From assembly GCA_965223155.1 (NCBI GenBank), contig CBDCVR010000013.1, forward strand, positions 384,001-448,000: DNA of 64,000 bases, given 5' to 3'. The DNA comes from Candidatus Multivoradales bacterium. GTDB lineage: Bacteria > Acidobacteriota > Thermoanaerobaculia > Multivoradales > JAHEKO01. A model generated the notes under the pieces. That model made no database searches, was not told the origin of the DNA, and saw only the letters and a list, made by a program, of their open reading frames with translations. The first letter of the stretch is position 1; every line of letters begins with the position of its first letter. This document shows positions 47,188 to 57,525 of this stretch, piece after piece. A program made the position numbers and the translations under genes.

Positions 47188-47273
47188 CGTGCTCTCTACT
47201 CTCTTTCTCGTTCTCCGGTGGCCCCACATCAGGGGCACTCGGTACTAGGTTCTCGCTTTTCGGGTCTCAGAAC

Positions 47274-47349
47274 TGGAGCGGGCAACGGGACTCGAACCCG
47301 CGACATCAAGCTTGGGAAGCTTGCACTCTACCAACTGAGTTATGCCCGC
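47274..47349 (-). tRNA. tRNA-Gly (CCC)
   Basis: GCGGGCATAACTCAGTTGGTAGAGTGCAAGCT-TCCCAA-GCTTG..GGTTCGAGTCCCGTTGCCCGCTCCA. Confidence 0.97.
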
Positions 47350-47469
47350 ATGGAGGCCGATTTCGGGCTCGTGCCCGGCCGCAGCGCTCGCACTTCCGAG
47401 CGCTGAGTGCTGCCGAACTTAGCCCAGCCACCTGGGGCCGTCAAGGGTGCCTACGCTATACTCTGGAGG

Positions 47470-47733
47470 ATGAACGGCACGACCGGCAAGACCCTCTATT
47501 TCTTCCCAGATCAGGAAGTTACCGAGGATGAACTGGCCGCGATCCTGGCCGGTGACGACCGCGAGCGGAAGTGCTGGGCGATCTCCAACATGCTGCGCTA
47601 CGCCCAGTGGGACGACATCTGGTCCTACGTCAGCCGGGAAGAGGTCCGGGGCCTATTCTGGGACCTGGATCTGCCCGACACGCTGGCAACGGCCTACGCC
47701 CGTATGCTCAAGATCGAAGCGCCTGTCGGCTAG
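47470..47733 (+). CDS. Small hypothetical protein
   Basis: 87 aa with globular composition; TATACT and GGAGG immediately upstream of the ATG. Confidence 0.65.
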   Translation: MNGTTGKTLYFFPDQEVTEDELAAILAGDDRERKCWAISNMLRYAQWDDIWSYVSREEVRGLFWDLDLPDTLATAYARMLKIEAPVG

Positions 47734-47746
47734 CGGCCGGAGGCGG

Positions 47747-48709
47747 CTAGGACTCCGGCTCCAGAACGACTTCGAAGAGAGCCGGCCAGAGCTTGCCGGT
47801 GACCAGGAAGCTGCCGGTCTCGGGCCGGTATGCGATGCCGTTGACGACCCCATTCGGAGGTCGTGAGGAAGGCGGCAGCAGGTGCCCCAGGTCGGCGCGG
47901 GCCGTCACCCGGCCGGTGGCCGGGTCGATCCGGATGATGAAGTCCCGGCCGTAGACGTTGGCCCAGATACCCTCGCGGGTGCACTCCAGCTCGTTGAGGC
48001 CGGTTACCGGACCGCTGCCTGAGCGAACCGTGGTCCGAAGCTCGGGCTCGAAGGTCCCGATGTGGTGGCGCCACAGGGTTGCCGAGCCGTCGGATCGGTA
48101 GAGGGCGCCATCGTGGTTACACAGGCCCCAGCCTTCGCCTTGGTACTCGAAGCTGCCCAGCGCCTCGAAGTCCTCTAGAGCGAAGCGGAATCCCCGCTCG
48201 GAACGCCAGGTCAGCCAGAGCAACTCATTTCCAACGCGGGCCAGCCCCTCGCCGAAGAACTCCTCATCGAGGGACACTTCCCGGTCCACGACGCCCGACT
48301 CCAGGCGAAGGCGGCGAAGCTTCGAATGGCCATGGCGGCCCGTTGTCTCGTAAAGCCAGCCGCCGTGCCACAACAAGCCCTGGGTAAACGACGTTCGGTC
48401 GTGTGGATACCGGGCCACTTCGTTGGCGCGATACACCGCCGGACCCGAGGCTGCCGTCCTCCGCGCCCCCTCCCCGACCGGCTCAGCACCTCCGCCTGCC
48501 GGCGCCGCCTCCGAGGGCACCCCAGCCTGCGGGCTCTCCGGAGCCTCGCCGGCGGTTTCGGGCTCGCTCCCACAGGACGTCGCGGACCAACCACCCAGCA
48601 TCATCAGAAGCGCCAGACCAGCCAAGGCCCGTCCGGCGCCGGAAGCGGGCGCACGGCGCGGCCATCCGCTGCGCCGCCCCGACCCGCCGGTGCGATGGCG
48701 CGCCGTCAC
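47747..48709 (-). CDS. Glutaminyl-peptide cyclotransferase (lipoprotein)
   Basis: YPHD..FTQGL, LYETTG, FGEGL, LTW, EGWGL, SDGS, LNELE, NGIA, VTGKLWP. Confidence 0.92.
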   Translation of the reverse strand: MTARHRTGGSGRRSGWPRRAPASGAGRALAGLALLMMLGGWSATSCGSEPETAGEAPESPQAGVPSEAAPAGGGAEPVGEGARRTAASGPAVYRANEVARYPHDRTSFTQGLLWHGGWLYETTGRHGHSKLRRLRLESGVVDREVSLDEEFFGEGLARVGNELLWLTWRSERGFRFALEDFEALGSFEYQGEGWGLCNHDGALYRSDGSATLWRHHIGTFEPELRTTVRSGSGPVTGLNELECTREGIWANVYGRDFIIRIDPATGRVTARADLGHLLPPSSRPPNGVVNGIAYRPETGSFLVTGKLWPALFEVVLEPES

Positions 48710-48715
48710 GACGCC

Positions 48716-50683
48716 TTACCCGTCCTCGCTGCCCGAGCGGCGTACGATGACCACCCAGAAGAGCGCCGCCAGGGCGACGAAGGCAGCGGTCGCGAACCAA
48801 GGGCCCGCCGCGCCGGCCCATGCATGGCCCAGCCCTTCCGGACTTCGAGCCTGGAGCACGGCAACGCCGGCGATCGCCACGCCCAGAAGCCCTTCGCCTC
48901 CGACCAGCCCGGAGCCGAAGAGAATCCCGCGCTCACGCCGTTCGGCTGCGTCGTCCTCGTCCCGCGCGGAGCGCTCGGCGCAGAGCCGCAGCAGTCCGCC
49001 GAAGAAAAGGGGCACCATGGTGGCCACCGGCAGGTAGACGCCGACCGCGAAGGGCAGGCTCGGGATTCGCAGCACCTCGCATACGAGCGCAATGCCGATT
49101 CCGATCCCGACCAAGCCCCAAGGCAAGGAGTCCTCGAGCACGCCTTCGATGACGAGCTTCATGAGGGTCGCCTGCGGCGCCGGCAGCTCTTCCCCTCCGA
49201 AGCCGAAGGCTCGATCCAGCAAGATCACGGTCAGGCAGACGAAGGCCGCCGAGGACAAGACACCGATGAGCTCGCCCATCTGCTGACGCCGCGGTGTCGC
49301 GCCCAGGAGGAAACCCGTCTTCAAGTCCTGAGAGGTGTCGCCCGCGATCGAGGCGGCGATCGCGACCACGCAACCCACGGTCAGCGCACCCGCCTTGCCG
49401 GCGGCGTCGGTCCAGTCCATGAGCAGAAAGACGCCCGAGGTGGCCAGCAATGTCGCGATGGTCATGCCGCTGGTGGGATTCGACGTGACCCCGACCAGCC
49501 CGACGATTCTCGATGAGACTGTCACGAAGAAGAAAGCGGCGATGATGACCAGTGTGGCGGCGACCGCCCGTGCGGCCGGTCCTGGCAGTGTGGCGAACGC
49601 GGCGGGAGCACCCGCCAGGATCAGGGCCAGCAGCGCCACGCCAGCGCCGATCCAGGGCAGCGGCAGGTCACGGGCGGTGCGAACGACCGTGGAGTCCGCG
49701 TCGCCCAGCCTGGCGCGGAGCTGTTTCGTGCCGACCCGGAAGCTCTCGATCATGGTCGGTAGGCTCCGGATCAGTGTGATCAGGCCCGCCGTCGCCACGG
49801 CCCCGGCGCCGATGTAGCGGATGTAGCGTGTCCAAAGCCGGCTCGGCTCCATGTCCCGGATGAGCTCGATCGTCTCGGGATAGAAGGGCGCCTGGAGAGA
49901 CTCGCCCCAGATCGCGATCGCCGGAATCAAGACCAGCCAGGAAAGCAATCCGCCACCGACCATGACCGCCGCGATACGCGGTCCCAAGATGTAGCCGACC
50001 CCGAGCAAGGCCGCCGAGATCTCGAATCCCAGTTGGCCCTTCTTGAGCAGCGGCACCTTGAAGTGGACATCGTCGGGCACCACCCGCGCCCAACCCACGG
50101 CGGCTTTGAAGGCCGCGCCGATTCCGAGTCCGAAAAAGACATTCCGCGCGCGGCTGCCGCCGGCTTCGCTCGCGACCAGAACCTCGGCGCAGGCCGTGCC
50201 TTCGGGATACGGCAGCCGCCCATGCTCGCGCTCGATCAAGAAGCGGCGTAGCGGCACCATGAAGAGTACGCCCAGAAGGCCGCCGCACATGGCAAGCAGG
50301 GTCATCTGGAGAAGGCGGGGCTCGAGACCCCACAGGAAGAGCGCCGGCAAGGTGAAGATCACCCCGCTGGCGACCGAGCTCGAAGCCGAGCCCACGGTCT
50401 GGGCGGTGTTGGCCTCGAGGATCGAGCTCCGAACGCCGCCGGCCTCCAACAGCTTGAAGGCGGCGACGGTCATCACCGCCACTGGAATCGACGTTGAAAT
50501 GGTCAGTCCGACTCGAAGCCCTAGATAGGCGTTGGCGGCGCCAAAAGCGATCCCGAAGAGGATCCCGGCCAGAATCGCCTTGAAGGTGAACTCCGCCGGG
50601 CTCTCTGTGGCCGGAACGTAGGGCTCGTAGGTCTCGCCCGGACGAATCGGTTGGTACGCCTTGCGGCTCAGGCCGGCCTTCAT
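48716..50683 (-). CDS. OPT-family oligopeptide transporter
   Basis: NAYLGLRVGLTISTSIP, LPYPEGTACAEVL, SNPTSGMTIATL, QDLKTGFLLGATP, APQATLM. Confidence 0.95.
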   Translation of the reverse strand: MKAGLSRKAYQPIRPGETYEPYVPATESPAEFTFKAILAGILFGIAFGAANAYLGLRVGLTISTSIPVAVMTVAAFKLLEAGGVRSSILEANTAQTVGSASSSVASGVIFTLPALFLWGLEPRLLQMTLLAMCGGLLGVLFMVPLRRFLIEREHGRLPYPEGTACAEVLVASEAGGSRARNVFFGLGIGAAFKAAVGWARVVPDDVHFKVPLLKKGQLGFEISAALLGVGYILGPRIAAVMVGGGLLSWLVLIPAIAIWGESLQAPFYPETIELIRDMEPSRLWTRYIRYIGAGAVATAGLITLIRSLPTMIESFRVGTKQLRARLGDADSTVVRTARDLPLPWIGAGVALLALILAGAPAAFATLPGPAARAVAATLVIIAAFFFVTVSSRIVGLVGVTSNPTSGMTIATLLATSGVFLLMDWTDAAGKAGALTVGCVVAIAASIAGDTSQDLKTGFLLGATPRRQQMGELIGVLSSAAFVCLTVILLDRAFGFGGEELPAPQATLMKLVIEGVLEDSLPWGLVGIGIGIALVCEVLRIPSLPFAVGVYLPVATMVPLFFGGLLRLCAERSARDEDDAAERRERGILFGSGLVGGEGLLGVAIAGVAVLQARSPEGLGHAWAGAAGPWFATAAFVALAALFWVVIVRRSGSEDG

Positions 50684-53223
50684 TCCCCTGTCCTCCTCGC
50701 CGAGATACCTTCCTCGAATCCACCCGGCTCGTATCCAATCGCCCCATGGCTACAAAAACCATCCATCTGCCCGGGAAGCCCGATCGGCGATCCGGGGGGA
50801 ATCTCGGGCGCCGCGACCGGTACCAGCTCGTCGGCCAGTTGCCGCTCCTGAAAGCGCCGGATCTGGGCGCGCAGAAACTCGCCATGGACCCCGGCCCGGA
50901 GTCGCAACCGCGCCTTCCGGAGGGCCTCGTCGGCCTGGGCACGGGCCGTACCGTGAGCCTCGCCGTCGGCGGCGAGGCGCATCAAGTGCCCGACCACGAC
51001 CTCTTGCACCTCGGCGCGGATGGCGGCCGATCGAAGAGCGTCCCCTGGCGCGCCAGCCTCGAACGCCGCCTCGACGACGGCTTGCACGACCTCCGCGAAT
51101 CCGAGTTGGGACGGGTCCCGGCGGTGCTGGTCGATCAGGCGGGCCGCGCGCTCGGGCTGCAGCAGGCCGGCGACCACGAGATCGGCCGCGGTCCTGGCCG
51201 CTCCCAGGGCATCAAATCCGGGCGCGGTCCGATGGCTCAGAAGCTCCCGGTTCGAGCCGTAGCCAAAGGGCCGGGGAGCCAAGAGGCCGAGCGCCTCTTC
51301 GGGCACGTCCAGAGCCTCGAGAGTCATGGCGCCGAGAACCGCCGCCAGGGCCGCCCGCTGGACGTCCGAGGCCACCCTCCGTACCTCCCCTCCCGAGTCG
51401 TCGCGCAAGGAATACGAATAGAGCAGCCCGCCCACCGACTTCACCGTCGCTTCGAGCTGATAGCGGTGCTGGAAGTACACGGTGGCAAAGACCTCTTCCA
51501 GTAGCGCTAGAGGCTCGCCGGCGGGCAGGTTGTCCCGGCCGAAACGGGCCAGGGTGCGCCGGCGAACCTCCAGGATCTCCTCCAGGGCCGCCACCGGGTC
51601 GGCGCCGTTGTCCCAGAGATTCGCCAGCGGATGGGCGGCACCTGCCGGCCGCGCGTCCCAATCACTCAAGAACAGGTACCCGCTCTCCCGGCCCTCGGAG
51701 GCCAGCCTCTCGATCGCTGCCGCCGCCGACTCCCCGGATTCCGGCTCACCGTAAGCGAACCGGGTCGCATGCACATCCCATTCGCCGATGCCATCGTCGT
51801 AGGCCTCCGTGACATCCAGGGAACCGTCGGCCGCCGGCCGCACCCAGGGCGCCGGGTAGTCCATCACCGAAGCTCGTCCTTTATAGGTACTGGCCGCGAA
51901 GTTGTGCGAAAAGCCCAACGCATGTCCCACCTCGTGCGCCGAGAGCTGCCGAATCCGGGCGAGAGCCAGCTGGATGGGGTCGTCGGCGTCGCCGGAACCG
52001 GTCTTCTCGGTGCCCAGGAGCCCTTCGAAGATGAGGCGATCCTGACGCACTCGCAAGCTGCCCAGGTTGACGTGCCCCTTGAGCATCTCGCCCGTGCGCG
52101 GGTCGATGACGCCGCCGCCGTAGGACCAACCCCGGGTGGACCGGTGAACCCACTGGATGACGTTGTAGCGAATATCGAGGGGATGGGCGTCTTCAGGCAG
52201 CATCTCGACACGGTAGAGGTCCGGATACCCGGCAGCCGCGAACGCATCGCTCCACCAAGACGCCCCGTCAACAACCGCTCCCCGGATGGGTTCGGGGATG
52301 CCGGGATCCACGTAGAAGACGAGCTCCGAATCCGGTCCGTCGGCGGCGATGCGATGCCGCACGATCCAACGCTTCTCGATGCTTTCGGCAAGGGGAGCCG
52401 CGTAGTCCTGAAAGTAGATGGCGAGAGAGGCGAATCGGGGATCGAATGGGCGCGGTTCGTAGCCCTCATCGGGCAGCCGCACAAGACTCTGGTACTGCAC
52501 AAGGCTGAAGGATGAACCGTTCGGGACCGTAGCCGCCACCAGCGCTCCGGGCTTCCTCCCGGCGTAGGTCAGGACGGACTCGAAGACCAGGTTGTCGGGA
52601 AACGCGTGGCAGTTCGCCAGATCCACGGCGCTCCGCTCCGGATCGAGCGCGTAGCTGCCCTGTCCGGTGTTGTCCAACTGGCGCTCGACGCTATGAGCGT
52701 CGCGCACCAGAAAGGACGTCAGATCCACGAGCAGGCTCCCCGACGGGCCAGTGGTTTCGACCGGTCCGGCCCAGAGAACCGAGGGCGCGAAGGACTCCCG
52801 CGTCGCCCGGGCTTCGCTGTCGCCTGCCGCCAGCGCCCTGAAACCCAGGTTGGGCTCTTCGAAGAGCACCCGATTGCCGACGCGGCGCAAGATCAGGAAC
52901 CTGCTCGCCCCGAGCTGTCCGCGATCCAGCCCAACCGGGTTCGAGCCCAGCCCCGTCGCCAGGCCTTCGACATAGAGGTATTCTCCGATCACGCCGTCCT
53001 CGCCGGGAGCGGGAAGCTCGAGCCACACCTTGCCGCCGTCCGCGTCTTTGTACATCGTCAGCATGCCATCCGCCCGCTCGCTCTTCGCCATCATTGTCGC
53101 GATGGGATCCCGAGCTTCCGCGGCGGCTAAGGGGCCCGTCCCCGAGGTCGCGCAAGACAACAGTACCGGCATGGTGAGGAGCAGCGCGGCGGCAAGATGG
53201 AGAGCGGTCGATCGGCGCATCAT
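50680..53223 (-). CDS. Zinc-dependent metalloprotease lipoprotein (DUF5117/DUF4953 type)
   Basis: Lipobox LLSC; HEVGHALGFSHN followed by Met-turn SVMDYP; AAGGAG RBS before ATG 53223. Confidence 0.9.
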   Translation of the reverse strand: MMRRSTALHLAAALLLTMPVLLSCATSGTGPLAAAEARDPIATMMAKSERADGMLTMYKDADGGKVWLELPAPGEDGVIGEYLYVEGLATGLGSNPVGLDRGQLGASRFLILRRVGNRVLFEEPNLGFRALAAGDSEARATRESFAPSVLWAGPVETTGPSGSLLVDLTSFLVRDAHSVERQLDNTGQGSYALDPERSAVDLANCHAFPDNLVFESVLTYAGRKPGALVAATVPNGSSFSLVQYQSLVRLPDEGYEPRPFDPRFASLAIYFQDYAAPLAESIEKRWIVRHRIAADGPDSELVFYVDPGIPEPIRGAVVDGASWWSDAFAAAGYPDLYRVEMLPEDAHPLDIRYNVIQWVHRSTRGWSYGGGVIDPRTGEMLKGHVNLGSLRVRQDRLIFEGLLGTEKTGSGDADDPIQLALARIRQLSAHEVGHALGFSHNFAASTYKGRASVMDYPAPWVRPAADGSLDVTEAYDDGIGEWDVHATRFAYGEPESGESAAAAIERLASEGRESGYLFLSDWDARPAGAAHPLANLWDNGADPVAALEEILEVRRRTLARFGRDNLPAGEPLALLEEVFATVYFQHRYQLEATVKSVGGLLYSYSLRDDSGGEVRRVASDVQRAALAAVLGAMTLEALDVPEEALGLLAPRPFGYGSNRELLSHRTAPGFDALGAARTAADLVVAGLLQPERAARLIDQHRRDPSQLGFAEVVQAVVEAAFEAGAPGDALRSAAIRAEVQEVVVGHLMRLAADGEAHGTARAQADEALRKARLRLRAGVHGEFLRAQIRRFQERQLADELVPVAAPEIPPGSPIGLPGQMDGFCSHGAIGYEPGGFEEGISARRTGE

Positions 53224-53471
53224 TGAGTCTCCTTCGGGGTCGTCCTGGTCAACTAGCTCGGCGTCCATCGCCTCGGGCGGCTCGGGCGGCGTGGGCGGCG
53301 CGGATTCCTACGGTCCGCCCGATGCTCTTGCCGTACGCGCTCGAGAGGTGAGCGCCCGGATGGTACCTCACCGTTCGGCGGTCGCGGGAGCTAGACCTGA
53401 CCGGCCAAAGAGCGAGGCAGCACGTTCGAGTAGACGCCCACCTGAAGCCGCTCGCACTACAGAGTCCTCGA

Positions 53472-56400
53472 TCACACGAGCGGCAAGCGCAGGGTCATCT
53501 CGAGGCCGCCCTCAGCATGGTTCCTGGCCTCGAGGGTGCCACCATGCTCCTCGGCAATCCGCCGGGCGATGGGAAGTCCCAGCCCGGTCCCCTCGTCGTC
53601 GGTCGAAAAGTACGGCTCGAAGATACGACCCAGCATCTTGGGATCCACCCCGGGGCCGGAGTCCTGGACCCGCACGGCAATCGAATTCCGCTCGGGCTCC
53701 GGCTCGATCTGGACTCGAACCCGGCCACCCGAGCCCGCCGCTCGACGGGCGTTCTCCAAGAGGTTCCGGAGAGCCCGGACGAGCAGGCGCTGATCGAACT
53801 CGGTCACCGTGGGCCCCTCCTCCACCTCGAGCGAGAGTCGAGCCGTGCCCGCGGGCGCCGCCAGATAGCTTTCCACCAGGTGCGCCACCGTGCCGACCAG
53901 ATTGCGGGGCTGCTTCTGAATATTCGGAATCTTGCTGTAGGTCGAGAACTCCCCCGCGATTTCGCGCAACTCGTTCACCTGCTCCAGGATGTTCTCTGTA
54001 CAGCGCTCGAAGACCGTCTCGATCTCGTCGGGACGCTCGTGGTAGACCTCGCGCAAGTGCTCGGTCGAGAGCCGGATCGGGGTCAGCGGATTCTTGATCT
54101 CGTGGGCGATCATCCGGGCCATTTCGGCCCAAGCCTCCAGGCGCTGTCCGCGCAGCACCTCGGTCACGTCCTCGACTACGAGAAGCGCGGAGGGCTCGGT
54201 CTCGCCGGCGATCGGCACCCAGACCAGGGTCCATTCGCGGCTGGCCGAGTCGCCCTCCTCGGCAACCGCATCCGGATCACCCGCCGCCACCGGCAAGCGC
54301 ATAGTCGCGTTCCGCAGGCTGCCGGTCTCGTCGCGCACGAAGCCCGCGATTTCCTCCAGGTCGGGACGCCCCTCGAGCGTTGCCAGCAGCGGCTCCCCGA
54401 TCTCGGCTCCCAGGAGCTCCCGGGCCGAGCGATTCACCAAGAGCACCCGTCCGGAGCTGTCGATCGAGACCACGGCGGCGGTGATGTTGTCGACGATTCG
54501 ATCCACCACTTCCTTTTCGTGCAGCAGACGTTCCCGACCGCGGGCCACCCGTCCGGCCATCCGGTCGATGGCCTCGGCCAGGATGCCGAACTCCCGGTCC
54601 ACGGGACGGTAGTCCAGCCCAGCCGCGCCGGCGGCGATTCGCTCGGTGCCCTCGACCAGCCGGGTCACGGGCTCGGTGAGCGTACGCGCGAAGCGCCGGC
54701 CCAGCGCCACCAGCAGCAGGCCGGTGGCGAGCGCCACCAGCAGCACCCTACGGGCCAGGCGGGCCAGATCCGCCGCAGCCTCCTCTTGCTGGCCGAGCAT
54801 CGGCAGCGACAGCACCAACTGGGTGGCGTCCACCGGGACTCCAGGAATCCGCAGAGGTGAGTAGATCTCGAGATAGGAGGCTCCCTCGACCGCGCGGCCG
54901 CGCGCCGCCAGACCCGAGCCCAACAGACGAAGCTCGGAATAGATCTCCCCCGGAATGCGAGTGGGCAACACTCCGGCGGCGAAGAGCTCACGCTTCGAGG
55001 AGGCGTAGAGCTGACTCCCCCAGTAGAGGTTGACGTCGTTGTGAATAACGTCCGCCAGCCACAGCAGGAGGTCGTCGTCGAGGATGGTCTCGATGCCGAA
55101 ACCCGGCTCGAGAGTCAGGACATAGTCGCCCAGGATGTGCTGGGCGGATTCGAGGGCGGCTTCACCCGCGACCCGCTGTTCCGATTCGATGCGCCCGCTC
55201 ACCATGCGCAGAACAAAGACGCTCACCAGCAAGATCGGAAGAATCACCAGCGCCGTGTAGGACGTGAGGACCCGTCGAGAAAACGATGGCAGCGGCCGGG
55301 CCAGACTCCAGCTCCGGCGGTTCCCCAGCCACATCGCGAGCTGCCCCGCCAGGGCCAAGATCAAGAGGGGCGTGACCGCATGGGTCGCGACCCTCTCCAG
55401 CGGCTCGAAAGGCCGCAGCTCTGGCACCACCAGCGTGTTCCAGCCTGAGGGCGCGGCAACGGCGTAGACCTTCGCCGAACCCACGGGGGACCTGATCCTG
55501 TCGGGCAGGCGCCCACCGGCCACGCTCAGGTCGCCGGCGCCGGTCCATGGCGCCTCCAGCACGCGGCCGTCCGGCCGGTAGCTGCCGACAAGAACTCCCG
55601 CCGGCATTGCCGCTCCCGGCGCTCCAAGACCGGGCCGTAGACGAAGAAGATCCAATGCCACGCGGCCAGCCCGGCGGACCGGCGCCCGGAATCCCGGATG
55701 AGGCACGTACCAGTAGGCCACCGAAGCCGGCTCTCCAGGGAGAGCGCCGCCGAGCGCGATCTCGCCCTGGATGGGCTCGTGATCCCAGCCGGCCAGCTCG
55801 AGCACATGACGGCGGGAGAGCGCCTGGTCGAGCTCTCCGTCCTCGGTCAGAGCCAGCCCGAAAGCAAAGGACGAGAGCACGCCTTCGGCCGTGCGCACCA
55901 CGACGCCAGAAGGACCGTAACGCTCGGCAAGGGGCGAGCCGCTCCAGAGAGCGAACGCGAGATCCTCCGAATCCCGATCGCCGGTCCGATTCGCCAGCAA
56001 GCCGGGTAGCTCGTAGGTGAAATAGGCGGACAGGGTCTGGGTGAGGTCCTCGAGCTCGGCCGCGCTGGGTACCGAGAGCATGGCCGGGGCACCGTCCGCC
56101 ACCTGGCGAAGCCGCGCGTCCTGGAAGGCAACCTCCCAGGCCAGCGCCGCCATCAGCACCGCCAGGCACACCCTCTTGGCGTTCCAGGTTCGAACGGGCG
56201 CCTTGACAAGGCTGCCCAGGGCGCCTCCGATCGCAAGGCAGACCAGCGAGACGACCGTTCGGTCGTGGAGCGCCGCCCCCAGGATCAAGACGCCGAACGC
56301 GGCCATAGTTCCATGCCGTAGCGAAGCCCCGGAGCCCACTCTGGGTCGCGGCAGGAGACCCAGGGCCAGAAGGGCCATGGCCAGGCGCAAGACCAGCTTC

Positions 56401-57446
56401 CGGGGCGAGCCCCCCAAGCTGGAGCCGAGGTCGACTGGACCGAGCCGCCAGTGGAGGTACGCGGCCACCGCCGCCAGGGCCAGCGCCGCGAGGGCGCCTC
56501 CCACGAGCAGCGCCGGCCGGGAGCCTAGCGCCAAGCGCGATCCCACCAGGAGGGCGGCGGCGATCCCGGCCCCGAAGAGGAGAACCGTCGGCGGCTCGCT
56601 CGGGCCGATCGAGGCGTACCCCGCCGTCGCGCCGGCCAGCAGCAGCGCGGCGATCGTGGGTTCTTCGCGCAACCTGGCGAGCCCCAGAACCAGCAGGAGA
56701 CCACCCACCAAGAACCCGGGCCAGGCTCGGGCCAGTTCCCAGCCACGTCCATCCGGGCCCCAGGGCCTCCACGGTCTCCGCCTTTCGCCACCGAAGGGAG
56801 CACTGCTCTCGTCGGCTGCACCACTGGTGGCGCTCCCCGCTTCGAGTCCCTGCCCGTCCGAGAACGGAGCGCCGAGCGAATGGCTGGCTCCCACCAGGAT
56901 TCGCCAGGGCCGTGACGAGGTGTCGAGAGGGCGCAGCGCCACCCAGGTTTCCGAAACGTAGCCCGAGCGCCGAGCCAGGCCGGTTGTCGGCAGCGCGTCG
57001 GGAGCCAGCTCGTGGATCAGGCCCCGCCCCGCCCAGGAGGCCGCGGTGCCGTCCGGATCCAAGAGCATCCAGGTCCAGTCCGGCCGGCCGCTCCTCGCCG
57101 CCCGCGCCTCCAAGGTGTCAAAGGCCGCCCGCAGCTCGGCTCCGGACGCGCCCGGGGGGTCCAGAAGGGAAGCAAGCTCCACGGCTTCGTGCTCGAGCTC
57201 CGCGGCCAGCTCGCGGCCCGGCTCCTGCTTCGGACCGGGATCCCAGTGGAACCAGATGGCGCCACCGAGCGCCAAGGCCAGCACGGTTCCGACCGTGATC
57301 GCCTCGCGGCGGCCAGGACGCAAGAGCGCCCAGGCGGCCGCAAGCGCGGCCAATCCCCAGGGCATCCCGAGTGGCGCCAGCAGTGCGAATCCCGCCGCCG
57401 CCAGGCAGAGTGCCCTGAGCAGGCGAAGCCGATCCCGAGTCAGCAT
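53472..57446 (-). CDS. Large multi-TM sensor histidine kinase (NtrY-like; HAMP-PAS-HisKA-HATPase)
   Basis: AWAEMARMIAHEIKNPLTPI, NLLENA, DSGPG, FEPYFST, GTGLGL; many N-terminal TM segments. Confidence 0.88.
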   Translation of the reverse strand: MLTRDRLRLLRALCLAAAGFALLAPLGMPWGLAALAAAWALLRPGRREAITVGTVLALALGGAIWFHWDPGPKQEPGRELAAELEHEAVELASLLDPPGASGAELRAAFDTLEARAARSGRPDWTWMLLDPDGTAASWAGRGLIHELAPDALPTTGLARRSGYVSETWVALRPLDTSSRPWRILVGASHSLGAPFSDGQGLEAGSATSGAADESSAPFGGERRRPWRPWGPDGRGWELARAWPGFLVGGLLLVLGLARLREEPTIAALLLAGATAGYASIGPSEPPTVLLFGAGIAAALLVGSRLALGSRPALLVGGALAALALAAVAAYLHWRLGPVDLGSSLGGSPRKLVLRLAMALLALGLLPRPRVGSGASLRHGTMAAFGVLILGAALHDRTVVSLVCLAIGGALGSLVKAPVRTWNAKRVCLAVLMAALAWEVAFQDARLRQVADGAPAMLSVPSAAELEDLTQTLSAYFTYELPGLLANRTGDRDSEDLAFALWSGSPLAERYGPSGVVVRTAEGVLSSFAFGLALTEDGELDQALSRRHVLELAGWDHEPIQGEIALGGALPGEPASVAYWYVPHPGFRAPVRRAGRVALDLLRLRPGLGAPGAAMPAGVLVGSYRPDGRVLEAPWTGAGDLSVAGGRLPDRIRSPVGSAKVYAVAAPSGWNTLVVPELRPFEPLERVATHAVTPLLILALAGQLAMWLGNRRSWSLARPLPSFSRRVLTSYTALVILPILLVSVFVLRMVSGRIESEQRVAGEAALESAQHILGDYVLTLEPGFGIETILDDDLLLWLADVIHNDVNLYWGSQLYASSKRELFAAGVLPTRIPGEIYSELRLLGSGLAARGRAVEGASYLEIYSPLRIPGVPVDATQLVLSLPMLGQQEEAAADLARLARRVLLVALATGLLLVALGRRFARTLTEPVTRLVEGTERIAAGAAGLDYRPVDREFGILAEAIDRMAGRVARGRERLLHEKEVVDRIVDNITAAVVSIDSSGRVLLVNRSARELLGAEIGEPLLATLEGRPDLEEIAGFVRDETGSLRNATMRLPVAAGDPDAVAEEGDSASREWTLVWVPIAGETEPSALLVVEDVTEVLRGQRLEAWAEMARMIAHEIKNPLTPIRLSTEHLREVYHERPDEIETVFERCTENILEQVNELREIAGEFSTYSKIPNIQKQPRNLVGTVAHLVESYLAAPAGTARLSLEVEEGPTVTEFDQRLLVRALRNLLENARRAAGSGGRVRVQIEPEPERNSIAVRVQDSGPGVDPKMLGRIFEPYFSTDDEGTGLGLPIARRIAEEHGGTLEARNHAEGGLEMTLRLPLV

Positions 57447-57525
57447 CCTGCGACCTCGGCTGCAACGCTCGTGCCCGGGGGGCATCGCAAAGGCCGGACC
57501 GGTAGGGACAATGCGGCCGGCGAGA

